Source of the DNA: Escherichia coli
GTDB taxonomy: Bacteria > Pseudomonadota > Gammaproteobacteria > Enterobacterales > Enterobacteriaceae
Assembly: GCF_013122565.1 (NCBI RefSeq)
Contig: NZ_CP053258.1
Length of the DNA: 64,000 nucleotides
Direction: 5' to 3' (one strand)
Part shown: positions 11,196 to 22,735 of the stretch, piece after piece
Position numbering within the stretch: the stretch's first letter is position 1
Layout: the number at the start of each line of letters is the position of its first letter
The notes under the pieces: model-generated
Told to the model about the DNA's origin: nothing
What the model saw: the letters and a program-made list of their open reading frames with translations, nothing else
The model's database searches: none
Program-made: the position numbers and the translations under genes

Positions 11196-11268
11196 TGGTG
11201 GGTCGTGCAGGATGACTCGACTTCGTCTCGCCCTTCGGGCCGTTGCTGACGCAACGTTATCCTTCACG
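11196..11268 (-). repeat. spacer repeat carrying a truncated tRNA-Lys 3' end (copy C, more diverged)
   Basis: Same tRNA-Lys 3' fragment followed by a related but more diverged GC-rich segment. Confidence 0.5.
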
Positions 11269-11295
11269 TTTTACTACCGCTTCCACCTTAGCGCT

Positions 11296-11371
11296 TGGTG
11301 GGTCGTGCAGGATTCGAACCTGCGACCAATTGATTAAAAGTCAACTGCTCTACCAACTGAGCTAACGACCC
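11296..11371 (-). tRNA. lysT: tRNA-Lys (UUU)
   Basis: Identical 76-nt tRNA-Lys copy; first gene of the operon on the minus strand. Confidence 0.9.
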
Positions 11372-11535
11372 ACTTTTTCGTTGCTTTCGGTTTGTTTGAT
11401 ATCCCGTGGCAACGGCGGCATATATTACTGATTTCAGACTTGAGCGCAACAAAAATTTCGATGTAGATCACTCAACTGCTTATGATTCGCACGACACGAC
11501 CAGAAATAATGCGACTTCTGGTCGTGTGTTATGCA

Positions 11536-12327
11536 TTACATCGCGTTCAGACGTTTTTGCGCCTGTTTAGCGCCATCAGTACCAGGGTATTTACTGATAA
11601 CCTGCTGGTATACGGCTTTCGCTTTTGCGGTGTCACCTTTGTCCTGCATGATGACGCCGACTTTAAACATCGCATCTGCAGCCTTTGGTGACTTCGGATA
11701 GTTTTTCACTACCGAAGCAAAATAGTACGCCGCATCATCTTTTTTACCCTTGTTGTAGTTTAACTGACCCAGCCAATAATTGGCGTTTGGCAGGTAAGTT
11801 GAATCAGGGTAATTTTTGATGAAATTCTGAAATGCCACCATTGCGTCATCCTGGCGGGATTTATCCTGCACCAGCGCAATAGCTGCATTGTAATCCGTGT
11901 TTGCATCGCCGCTTTTCACCGGCGCGCCAGCATTCGCAGTACCAGCATCAGCTGTCGGCGTCGTTGATGCCGCCGCACCGCTTTGATCACCGCTGGTTGA
12001 TTGCGCCGCTGCACCACCGCTGCTGAGGCTGTCGATCTGCAACAGGATCTGCTTTTGCCGCTCCACGACCTGATTCAGTTGATACTGATTTTCCTGAATC
12101 TGACCACGCAGGGAATCAATATCGGATTGATTATCAGAGAGTTGTTGCTGGAGTTGGGTTAAAAGCTGGCTGTGAGCATTAGAAATACGCTCAAGTTGAG
12201 TGACGCGGTCTTCGACCGAGCCTGAGCCGACACTACTGATTGGTGCCTGAGCAAAAGCGGCCCAGGGGGCCGCTATACCAACCAGTAACGACAGACTCAA
12301 TAGTTGATGTCTGAAGTTACTGCTCAT
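11536..12327 (-). CDS. cpoB: cell division coordinator CpoB (YbgF), periplasmic TPR protein
   Basis: 263 aa ORF with a signal peptide, Gln-rich coiled-coil N-domain and C-terminal TPR-like repeats; last gene of the tol-pal cluster. Confidence 0.9.
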   Translation of the reverse strand: MSSNFRHQLLSLSLLVGIAAPWAAFAQAPISSVGSGSVEDRVTQLERISNAHSQLLTQLQQQLSDNQSDIDSLRGQIQENQYQLNQVVERQKQILLQIDSLSSGGAAAQSTSGDQSGAAASTTPTADAGTANAGAPVKSGDANTDYNAAIALVQDKSRQDDAMVAFQNFIKNYPDSTYLPNANYWLGQLNYNKGKKDDAAYYFASVVKNYPKSPKAADAMFKVGVIMQDKGDTAKAKAVYQQVISKYPGTDGAKQAQKRLNAM

Positions 12328-12336
12328 GCAATTCTC

Positions 12337-12882
<546 letters not shown>

Positions 12883-12892
12883 TTAATTATTA

Positions 12893-14185
12893 TCACAGAT
12901 ACGGCGACCAGGCAGGGAATTTGACCTGTCCATCAGTTGCCGGAAGACGCGCTTTGAAACGCCCATCTGTAGAAACCAAATTCAGCACGGATCCCATCCC
13001 CTGAGAAGAGCTGTAGATTACCATAGTGCCGTTAGGTGCCAGACTTGGCGTTTCATCCAGGAACGTGGACGACAGAACTTGTACGCCTCCCGTTGCCAGA
13101 TCTTGTTTGGCAATGTGCTGCTGCCCACCGTTGGAGCTGACCATTACCATAAATTTACCGTCGCTGCTGACATCCGCATCCTGGTTCTGCGAACCTTCCC
13201 AGGTAATACGTTGTGGCGCACCGCCGTTGATATTCACTTTATAAACCTGTGGACGACCGGCCTGGTCAGAAGTAAATGCCAGGTTCTGGCTGTCCGGGAA
13301 CCAGGTCGGTTCGGTATTGTTACTGCGACCATCAGTCACCTGGCGGATCTGACCAGAAGCCAAATCCATTACGTACAGGTTCAGACTACCGGTTTTCGAC
13401 AAGGCGAATGCCAGTTTGCTGCCGTCTGGCGAGAATGCAGGTGCACCGTTGTGACGCGGGAATGAAGCCACCTGACGTACAGCGCCATTTGCCAGCGTTT
13501 GGATGACCAGCGCGGAACGACCACTTTCGAAGGTCACATAAGCCAGTTTAGAACCGTCTGGTGACCATGCCGGAGACATCAGCGGCTGCGGTGAACGGTG
13601 AACGACAAACTGGTTGTAACCGTCATAGTCAGATACGCGCAGTTCATACGGGAACTGACCGCCGTTGGTCTGAACAACGTAGGCAATACGGGTACGGAAC
13701 GCACCTTTAATGCCGGTCAGTTTTTCAAACACTTCATCACTGGCGGTATGACCAGCATAACGCAGCCACTGCTTGTTCACTTTGTACGAGTTCTGAGCAA
13801 GTACAGTACCCGGTGCGCCGCCAGTGTCAACAAGTTGATAAGCAACATTGTAAGAACCATCCGGATTCGGAGTGACCTGACCGACAACCACAGCGTCAAT
13901 GCCCAGCGCAGACCATGCAGCTGGTTGTACTTCCTGCGCACTACCCGGCTGCTGTGGCAGACGAGCGCGATCTAACGGATTAAATTTACCGCTGTTACGC
14001 AAGTCAGCAGCAACGATGCCGCCAATATCTTCAGGTGCCGCACCTGGCCCCGCCCACTGGAAAGGAACAACACCAATAGGACGACCGGAATCTACACCGC
14101 TATCGATCACAATGCGGACTTCAGCATGCAGAACTGATGCCCACAGTATGAGAAAACCAAATGCTACTCGTAATGCCTGCTTCAT
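12893..14185 (-). CDS. tolB: Tol-Pal system periplasmic beta-propeller protein
   Basis: 430 aa starting [21 protein letters not shown] (signal peptide); second Met chosen on RBS spacing. Confidence 0.93.
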   Translation of the reverse strand: MKQALRVAFGFLILWASVLHAEVRIVIDSGVDSGRPIGVVPFQWAGPGAAPEDIGGIVAADLRNSGKFNPLDRARLPQQPGSAQEVQPAAWSALGIDAVVVGQVTPNPDGSYNVAYQLVDTGGAPGTVLAQNSYKVNKQWLRYAGHTASDEVFEKLTGIKGAFRTRIAYVVQTNGGQFPYELRVSDYDGYNQFVVHRSPQPLMSPAWSPDGSKLAYVTFESGRSALVIQTLANGAVRQVASFPRHNGAPAFSPDGSKLAFALSKTGSLNLYVMDLASGQIRQVTDGRSNNTEPTWFPDSQNLAFTSDQAGRPQVYKVNINGGAPQRITWEGSQNQDADVSSDGKFMVMVSSNGGQQHIAKQDLATGGVQVLSSTFLDETPSLAPNGTMVIYSSSQGMGSVLNLVSTDGRFKARLPATDGQVKFPAWSPYL

Positions 14186-14317
14186 CATATCTCCCTTATC
14201 TGGACCGATGGCCCACGATAATTTAGCAGAATGTTAACAAACTAAAATACACAAAACTACCAGAACCCCGTGGCAACCGGTGCCTGATGTTGACCGTCGG
14301 AACAGTCAGCATCGCGA

Positions 14318-15598
14318 TTACGGTTTGAAGTCCAATGGCGCGTTTTTGAACACTTCATATACTGCCTGGCTTGGTGGTTTCGGGATCTTCGCAAGTTTAG
14401 CCGCTGCCAACGCAGCCTGACAAAGTGCGGGATCGCCACCTTCAGGTTTGATATCCAGTAACATACCATCGGGTGCCAGTTTTATGCGCAGCGTACAGGT
14501 TTTGCCTGCATAGGACGATGCGTCATAGAACTTACTTTCGATAGCAGATTTAATCTGCCCGGCATAGTTATTGATATCGGCCCCTGATGCGCCATTGTTT
14601 TTAGTATTACCACTCCCGGCAGGCGAAGCATTGTTCCCTTTCGCTCCTCCCCCCGTTTTCGGTGCATTCTTACCAGAGCTTAGCTCACCGAAAATATCAT
14701 CTGCCTCTGCGGCAGCTTTTGCTGCAGCGGCTTTTTCAGCTGCTGCTTTTTCAGCTGCTGCTTTTGCAGCTGCCGCTTTTTTGTCTGCGGCGGCTTTTTC
14801 TGCCGCTGCTTTCTTATCAGCTGCTGCCTTTTCAGCAGCCGCTTTTTCTGCTGCTTTTTTGTCGGCTGCAGCTTTCTCTGCTGCCGCTTTCTTATCAGCT
14901 GCTGCCTTTTCAGCAGCCGCTTTCTTCTCAGCTTCTGCCTTGGCTTTTTCAGCAGCTTCAGTTGCTGCTTTCTTTCTTGCTTCAGCTGCAGCCGCTTCTG
15001 CCGCTTCCGCTTTCTTCTTCAGTGCCGCAGCGGCTGCCTCGGCTTTTTTCTGCGCTTCGGCTGCGGCTTTGGCGGCTTCTGCTTCTGCTTTTTTCTTCGC
15101 GTCTGCAGCCGCTTTCTTCGCTGCTTCTTCCGCAGCTTTAGCATCCGCTTCGGCCTTCGCTTTAGCATCTGCCGCCGCTTTCGCTGCCGCCTCTTCCGCT
15201 TGCTTCTGCTTTAACTCGGCCTGTTTTGCGGCTTCTTCAGCCTGCTTTTTCTGTTCCTGAGCAGCTAACCGCTCTTTCTCAAGTTGCTTCAGGCGTTCCT
15301 GTTCAGCCGCTTGTTTCTCACGCAGTTCTTCAGCAGCCTGCTGTTCCTTCATCTTGCGCTGCTCATCAGAACGCTTCGCGCTTGATTCCTGGCTTTGCAT
15401 GCGTTTGTACTGCTCAACTACCGCACCTGAATCAACCATGACAGCGTCGATGGACGAACCACCGCCGCCTCCGGCTGAAGCTTCTATATTCTCATCGAAC
15501 GAACTCCAGATCAGCGCCGCAAATAAGATGACATGCAGCACTGCTGAAATAATTATCGCCCGCTTGAGCTTGTCGTTTTGTTCGGTTGCCTTTGACAC
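14318..15598 (-). CDS. tolA: Tol-Pal system protein TolA
   Basis: 426 aa: N-terminal TM helix, long Ala/Lys/Glu-rich helical domain II, C-terminal domain III. Confidence 0.93.
   Translation of the reverse strand: MSKATEQNDKLKRAIIISAVLHVILFAALIWSSFDENIEASAGGGGGSSIDAVMVDSGAVVEQYKRMQSQESSAKRSDEQRKMKEQQAAEELREKQAAEQERLKQLEKERLAAQEQKKQAEEAAKQAELKQKQAEEAAAKAAADAKAKAEADAKAAEEAAKKAAADAKKKAEAEAAKAAAEAQKKAEAAAAALKKKAEAAEAAAAEARKKAATEAAEKAKAEAEKKAAAEKAAADKKAAAEKAAADKKAAEKAAAEKAAADKKAAAEKAAADKKAAAAKAAAEKAAAEKAAAAKAAAEADDIFGELSSGKNAPKTGGGAKGNNASPAGSGNTKNNGASGADINNYAGQIKSAIESKFYDASSYAGKTCTLRIKLAPDGMLLDIKPEGGDPALCQAALAAAKLAKIPKPPSQAVYEVFKNAPLDFKP
14700..15230. repeat. imperfect tandem repeats inside tolA (domain II coding region)
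   Basis: Near-identical ~40 bp blocks (gccgc(tg)ctttcttatcagctgctgccttttcagcagccgcttt) recur at 14802-14846 and 14883-14923 among many shorter gctgc/cttt units. Confidence 0.7.
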
Positions 15599-15662
15599 TC
15601 TCGGTTTCCAAAAACTGTTCGCCTGTTACCCGCTATCTTTCAAGCAAGGGAAACGCAGATGT

Positions 15663-16091
15663 TTAGATAGGCTGCGTCATTAAACCAACCGATTTCACAC
15701 CCGCACTATGTAACAAGTTCAGTGCTTTAATTATTTCATCGTAAGGCACATCTTTTGCGCCACCGATCAGAAAGACCGTTTTCGGGTTGGCCTTGAAACG
15801 GCTGGACACTTCCGCCACCACCTGCTCTGGTGGTAAACGCTCCAGGCGATCTTTCTCAACCACCACGGTGTACTGACCAATACCAGACACTTCAACAATC
15901 ACTGGCGGATTATCGTTACTGCTCACCGCCTGTGATTCAGTAGCGTCTGGCAGATCGACCTCCACGCTCTGGGTGATGATGGGCGCTGTCGCCATAAAGA
16001 TCAGCAACAGCACCAGCAGTACGTCCAGCAACGGTACAATGTTGATTTCGGACTTGAGATCGCGACGACCTCGTCCACGCGCTCTGGCCAT
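15663..16091 (-). CDS. tolR: Tol-Pal system protein TolR
   Basis: 142 aa ExbD/TolR-family ORF with a single TM helix. Confidence 0.93.
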   Translation of the reverse strand: MARARGRGRRDLKSEINIVPLLDVLLVLLLIFMATAPIITQSVEVDLPDATESQAVSSNDNPPVIVEVSGIGQYTVVVEKDRLERLPPEQVVAEVSSRFKANPKTVFLIGGAKDVPYDEIIKALNLLHSAGVKSVGLMTQPI

Positions 16092-16094
16092 GGC

Positions 16095-17188
<1,094 letters not shown>

Positions 17189-17337
17189 TTTACATCCCGG
17201 TAATGCAACAAAAGTTAGAGCTTTTAAACGCTGCTACTATACGCGCGCGATTGAGGTTTGGGAATGAGGGCAAGTTAAGGGAGCGTAAAAATTTATGGGC
17301 CTGAAGCGGCCCATAATTTTTTAAAGAGAATTCTGAT

Positions 17338-17631
17338 TTAAAAGAAGAAGAAAATCAGCCCGACAATGAGAACAATATCGGCAAGCAATGGGCAAAAAAT
17401 CCCTTGCCAGAGAACCTTCTGCGGACGAAAGCCCACGCCGTGAATCACACCAGCACAGACGGCCCACATCAGCAATAAACCATGCCAGATTTCCAGCTCA
17501 CTGGTCTTCGCGGCAAAACGAGATGGGTCCCAAAACATACATCCTGCTAACAGAAGCGCCATCACGAAGGAAAGCGCCCGCAGGGGGCGCTTGTCCATTA
17601 CCGCATACAAGGTCGCGATAATCTTACTCAT
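17338..17631 (-). CDS. ybgE: small inner-membrane protein YbgE (cyd operon)
   Basis: 97 aa hydrophobic ORF downstream of cydX; its start codon overlaps the cydX stop by 1 nt. Confidence 0.8.
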   Translation of the reverse strand: MSKIIATLYAVMDKRPLRALSFVMALLLAGCMFWDPSRFAAKTSELEIWHGLLLMWAVCAGVIHGVGFRPQKVLWQGIFCPLLADIVLIVGLIFFFF

Positions 17632-17744
17632 CAGATGTCTTCTTGACCGGCTTTGCCTGATTCGACGTGCTCAAGCGCCAGCGCGGTGATTACCCCAAAC
17701 GAACAGGCAAGAAGCGTTCCCAGAATCCATGCGAAATACCACAT
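17631..17744 (-). CDS. cydX: cytochrome bd-I accessory small subunit CydX (YbgT), 37 aa
   Basis: Absent from the ORF track (too short). Minus-strand ATG at 17744 after an aggagc RBS, 14 nt downstream of the cydB stop; translates to MWYFAWILGTLLACSFGVITALALEHVESGKAGQEDI. Confidence 0.85.
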   Translation of the reverse strand: MWYFAWILGTLLACSFGVITALALEHVESGKAGQEDI

Positions 17745-17758
17745 TTTTAGCTCCTTAC

Positions 17759-18898
17759 TTAGTACAGAGAGTGGGTGTTACGTTCAATATCTTCTTTGGT
17801 GATACGACCGAACATTTTCCAGTAACACCAGGCGGTGTAGAGCAGAATGATCGGTACCAGAACCACCGCAACCCAGGTCATGACGTTAAGCGTCAGCTGG
17901 CTGGAAGTTGCATCCCACATTGTCAGACTTGCGTTCATCATGGTGCTGGACGGCATCACAAACGGGAACATTGCGATACCGGCAGTCAGGATGATGCAGG
18001 CCAGCGTCAGGGAGGAGAACACAAACGCCCACGCGGCTTTATCCATACGTGCAGTCAGGATGGTCAGCAGCGGCAGAACTACACCCAGTGCCGGAATAGC
18101 CCACAGAATTGGCGTGTTGTTGAAGTTAACCAGCCATGCGCCAGCTTCACGAACCACTACTTTATTCTGCGGGTTAGAGGCTGCGTAATGGTCCATTGTC
18201 GATTTCACGACATAACCATCGATACCGTACATCACCCATACGCCAGCCAGTGCGAAGCAGACCAGTGTCACCAGTGCCGCCACCTGAGCCGTTGCACGGG
18301 TACGCAGGTGCAGTTCGCCCACGGTACGCATTTGCAGATAGGTTGCGCCCTGAGTAATGATCATCCCTACGCTCACCACGCCTGCCAGCAGGCCGAACGG
18401 ATTAAGCAACTGAAAGAAGTTACCGGTGTAGTACAGACGCAGATATTCATCAACGTTGAACGGTACGCCCTGCAACAGGTTACCGAACGCTACACCAATT
18501 ACCAGCGGCGGAACGAAGCTACCAATGAAGATGCCCCAGTCCCACATGTTACGCCAGCGGGTTTCTTCAATCTTGGAGCGGTAGTCAAAACCGACCGGAC
18601 GGAAGAACAAAGACGCCAGCACGAGGATCATCGCCACATAGAAGCCGGAGAACGCAGCGGCATAGACCATCGGCCAGGCAGCAAAGAGTGCGCCGCCCGC
18701 GGTGATCAGCCAAACCTGGTTACCGTCCCAGTGTGGAGCAATGGAGTTAATCATAATTCGACGCTCGGTGTCGTTACGACCGAGAAAACGGGTGAGCATG
18801 CCCACCCCCATGTCGAAACCGTCAGTGACTGCAAAACCAATCAGCAGAACGCCAACCAGCAGCCACCAGATAAAACGCAATACTTCATAATCGATCAT
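17759..18898 (-). CDS. cydB: cytochrome bd-I ubiquinol oxidase subunit II
   Basis: 379 aa polytopic membrane ORF directly downstream of cydA. Confidence 0.95.
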   Translation of the reverse strand: MIDYEVLRFIWWLLVGVLLIGFAVTDGFDMGVGMLTRFLGRNDTERRIMINSIAPHWDGNQVWLITAGGALFAAWPMVYAAAFSGFYVAMILVLASLFFRPVGFDYRSKIEETRWRNMWDWGIFIGSFVPPLVIGVAFGNLLQGVPFNVDEYLRLYYTGNFFQLLNPFGLLAGVVSVGMIITQGATYLQMRTVGELHLRTRATAQVAALVTLVCFALAGVWVMYGIDGYVVKSTMDHYAASNPQNKVVVREAGAWLVNFNNTPILWAIPALGVVLPLLTILTARMDKAAWAFVFSSLTLACIILTAGIAMFPFVMPSSTMMNASLTMWDATSSQLTLNVMTWVAVVLVPIILLYTAWCYWKMFGRITKEDIERNTHSLY

Positions 18899-18913
18899 TT
18901 GACGACTCCTGTC

Positions 18914-20482
18914 TTAGCGTGCCGGCTGAGTAGTCGTGGAAGACTGCTCAAAGTGATAGCGACCGGTTTTCAGGCTGCTTGGGCCGAGGCGTGCAAACTT
19001 GAACATTAAGAACAATTCTGCCACCAGGAACAGGGTATACAGGCCGCAAATCAGCACCATTGAGAAGATGAGATCGCCTGCGGTCAGTGACGAGTTCGCC
19101 ACAGCTGTCGGCAGCACTTCACCGATAGCCCACGGTTGGCGGCCATATTCAGCCACGAACCAGCCCGCTTCTACAGCAATCCACGGCAGCGGAATACCGT
19201 ACAGCGCGGCGCGCAGCAGCCATTTTTTCTCGCCAATGCGGTTGCGGATGACACTCCAGAAAGAGAGCGCGATGATTGCCAGCAGCAGGAAGCCACACGC
19301 CACCATGATACGGAACGCGAAGTACAGCGGCGCTACACGCGGAATGGAGTCTTTGGTTGCCTGTTGAATCTGAGCTTCAGTCGCATCAGCCACGTTTGGC
19401 GTATAGCGTTTCAGCAGCAGACCGTAACCGAGGTCTTTCTTCATGCTATTGAACTGGTCACGAACCGCCTGGTCGGTAGAACCAGAACGCAGTTGTTCGA
19501 GCAGAGAGTAAGCCTTCATCCCGTTACGAATGCGTTCTTCATGCTGCACCATCAGTTCTTTCAGGCCGATAACTGGAGTATCCACGGAACGCGTTGCAAT
19601 GATGCCCAGCGCGTAAGGGATCTGGATCGCAAATTTGTTCGTCTCCTCTTCCTGATCAGGAATGCCGAACAGAGTAAAGGCAGCAGGCGCAGGTTGCGTT
19701 TCCCACTCGGCTTCAATAGCAGCCAGTTTGGTTTTCTGCACGTCGCCCATTTCGTAACCAGATTCATCACCCAGAACAATAACAGACAGAACGGCAGCCA
19801 TACCGAAGCTGGCAGCGATAGCAAAGGAGCGTTTAGCGAAGGCGAAGTCACGACCTTTCAGCATATACCATGCGCTGATACCGAGGATGAACATCGCGCC
19901 AGTCACATAACCAGACGCTACAGTGTGAACGAATTTCACCTGAGCAACCGGGTTAAGCACCAGCTCGGAGAAGCTCACCATCTCCATACGCATAGTTTCA
20001 AAGTTGAAATCGGACGCGATTGGGTTTTGCATCCAGCCGTTCGCAACCAGAATCCACAGTGCGGACAGGTTTGAACCGAGCGCCACCAGCCAGGTGACAC
20101 ACATATGCTGAACTTTACCCAGACGATCCCAACCGAAGAAGAACAGACCTACAAAGGTGGATTCGAGGAAGAAGGCCATCAGACCTTCGATTGCCAGCGG
20201 CGCACCGAAGATATCCCCTACATAGTGGGAATAGTAAGACCAGTTAGTCCCGAACTGGAACTCCATAGTCAGACCGGTAGCCACACCCAGAGCGAAGTTG
20301 ATACCAAACAACTTGCCCCAGAACTTGGTCATATCTTTATAAATCTGTTTGCCGGAAAGGACGTAGACCGTTTCCATAATGGCCAGCAGGAACGCCATAC
20401 CGAGCGTCAGTGGCACAAAAAGGAAGTGGTACATCGCGGTCAAGGCAAACTGTAAGCGCGACAGTTCGACTATATCTAACAT
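18914..20482 (-). CDS. cydA: cytochrome bd-I ubiquinol oxidase subunit I
   Basis: ORF 18914..20485 trimmed to the second Met ([28 protein letters not shown]) after an aggag RBS; 522 aa. Confidence 0.95.
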
Positions 20483-21287
20483 CATGACTCCTTGCTCATC
20501 GCATGAAGACTCCGAGAGTGAACCCCGTTAGAAAGGGTCACACGCATGCCCCAATACAAAATTATTTGCTCGCCTCTATCGTTGCCATTTCATCAAAAGA
20601 GGAAAAGACAATGATAAAAAAGTTGCAAATATGTTAATGAATAAACCAAATTGATCCCGTAATTATATTACGCCGCAAAATCCTTACAATAAACAGGTTT
20701 TTATTGAGCAAATTTGCATTTTTCGACAGTGATCAATTTATAGCGAAATTGTCACGATCTCACCAATTTGATCTACGACAATTTATCGTGTTTTGCAGAT
20801 TTTTTTCAAGAATTAAAAATTGATTTATATCAAAACTAACCAAATATGTTAATTATGTATAAACCATAGATCATTAGTGATTTTATTGTTAATTTATTGT
20901 GAAATATTTATGCAACACAATTATTACAATGAAAAGGTATAGATAAAAAACCAGTGTTGTATTTAACAGAACCGCCTTATCCACTTTTTATAATACCAAT
21001 TGATTAGAGTAGCCAATTTGTTGCTATTTTACATAACATATTTTTATCAAAGTTAATTGATTGTTGCCTTTATGAGCACCGACCGTAAGCCCGTTATGTT
21101 ATTGTTTCATTGGTAATAATCACTTAAATGTATCGATGGAACAGGTATGACTTAGCGGGAGTGATTGTTTCTGAGTGAACAGGGGCCACTTTTGCCTGAT
21201 AAATGAAAAATGAGCGATTTTTGCAAGTTAGTTTTTCTATAGCCGTGTACGCTCAGCGCCTCGCTTGATTACAATGAGGTTGCTGCT
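20483..21287. promoter_or_regulatory. long AT-rich cydA upstream regulatory region, shared with the divergent 314-aa ORF
   Basis: About 800 bp non-coding, strongly AT-rich with several TTGAT/ATCAA-like half-sites; the cydAB promoter region is remembered as long and multi-promoter. Individual sites not resolved. Confidence 0.5.
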
Positions 21288-22232
21288 ATGAGTCCTGATA
21301 ATATCGGTTCGGCTGTCAATCGCTTCTCAGGTTGGCCATCTAATGATCCTCTAAAAACAGATAAAGAATCAACGACATCACCCGTGACAGTGCAGGTAAT
21401 AAAGATGATTGCCGCCATCCTTGACCCACATCGGATAGTCGTTGGAATCGATACACTTTATACAACGCAGCGCGAAACATTTACCTCAGAGAGTCAACAG
21501 CTCATTGAATCAGCATTGCAAACACTTCATGTGATGAATTTAAATAACCTGGAAACAAATCGCGATGAAGAAGGTCACTATCTGGCTTTTGAATATAACG
21601 TTGACACCTCTGACAGAATAACCGTTTCTGCTTACAATGAAAAAAATCCTGGCTGCTATGGCCAATGTCTTTTAATACAGGATGACGAAACAGACTTATT
21701 CAACCTGATAAAAATTAAAATTTTTGAAGCCAGGCATAATTATGTCGCTCAATTGATGAGCGATCCAGAATTTATGTTCAAATTCAGTTATAGCGCTCAA
21801 CAAAATAGATTAGAACCTCATCTTCTGGTTCCCGCTTATTTCCCTCTAAAAACAAACGAACCGGTTACGCAAGAGGATGTACTGTTACTTTATCGTTTCT
21901 TTAAAATGAATGATGATTTTAACAAATTAACATCAGATGAATACATGAGTATCCTGACACCTCTGATGAAGTGTGAGCGTAGCGTCCACGACAACAACAG
22001 GTATGTGACGGGCAAAGATACCCTTCTTCTGGACTATCCTCCTTCTGGTAACCAGATACATTTCCATGTTTTCCCTGACGAATCAGCAACACTAGTCCTT
22101 TATTTTTCAAACAATGACCTTGAATATTTCGTCTTTGAAAGAGATATTCCGAGCCAGTATCGCTTTTTCAAAATGTTTACCAATCTGGCACTGGTTATAG
22201 ATCAGTTAACCGAAGCCCATAAAATACTTTAA
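21288..22232 (+). CDS. hypothetical protein, 314 aa, AT-rich codon usage, no recognisable motif
   Basis: ATG at 21288 with a GAGG RBS 8 nt upstream; Ser/Thr/Pro-rich N-terminus; no family recognised by eye. Confidence 0.55.
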   Translation: MSPDNIGSAVNRFSGWPSNDPLKTDKESTTSPVTVQVIKMIAAILDPHRIVVGIDTLYTTQRETFTSESQQLIESALQTLHVMNLNNLETNRDEEGHYLAFEYNVDTSDRITVSAYNEKNPGCYGQCLLIQDDETDLFNLIKIKIFEARHNYVAQLMSDPEFMFKFSYSAQQNRLEPHLLVPAYFPLKTNEPVTQEDVLLLYRFFKMNDDFNKLTSDEYMSILTPLMKCERSVHDNNRYVTGKDTLLLDYPPSGNQIHFHVFPDESATLVLYFSNNDLEYFVFERDIPSQYRFFKMFTNLALVIDQLTEAHKIL

Positions 22233-22312
22233 TTTTCTATATATCCCTATGGCAAATATTGCTAAACAATGCCTGGGGATTAATTTTTATTACTCACGGA
22301 AAGATTTAAATA

Positions 22313-22735
22313 ATGATATCATCTCAGATCTCTTTCAGTACTCTTCCTGTCAATGCAACATACGCTTCAGAGACAACAGTTGACACACAAAAATTCTCTG
22401 ACATCCTCTACTCAGCGGGGTGTTCCCTAAAGGATATGGCTTATCTGAGCAGATGTCTGGCATCAATACACCCGACTATCGCCAAAAACATTTATGAAAC
22501 AGAAAATCTCAGCGATCAAAAATTACTGCATATTGATTGCCGTAGTACAAATGACATCAAGATAAATATCTTTTTTGGTCAGCAACGAGAAGGATTAATT
22601 GAAATTAGTTCTGACACAGTTATTTTTTCGATACTGTCTTCATTGATTGACTCCGCCATTTCTAAATTTCAACATCAAAACCCGGTTAACGGTTCAGTTA
22701 ATCCTGAACTATTGTATGAGGATTATACTGATTAA
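22313..22735 (+). CDS. hypothetical small acidic protein, 140 aa
   Basis: Co-directional ORF 80 bp after the 314-aa ORF, same AT-rich composition; weak RBS, so the start is uncertain. Confidence 0.45.
   Translation: MISSQISFSTLPVNATYASETTVDTQKFSDILYSAGCSLKDMAYLSRCLASIHPTIAKNIYETENLSDQKLLHIDCRSTNDIKINIFFGQQREGLIEISSDTVIFSILSSLIDSAISKFQHQNPVNGSVNPELLYEDYTD

Noticed and set aside
10372-11371. Regularly spaced 76-bp repeats that could superficially resemble a CRISPR array
   Set aside because: The repeats are complete tRNA-Lys and tRNA-Val genes with cloverleaf-compatible sequence and CCA ends; no cas genes nearby.
14571-15260. 229-aa and 159-aa + strand ORFs rich in Ala/Phe/Ser or Leu/Gln
   Set aside because: Reverse-strand reading of the repetitive Ala/Lys/Glu-coding region of tolA; a low-complexity artefact.
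17729-20074. 426-aa and 312-aa ORFs on the + strand
   Set aside because: Antisense to cydB and cydA respectively; His/Arg/Gln-rich nonsense translations.
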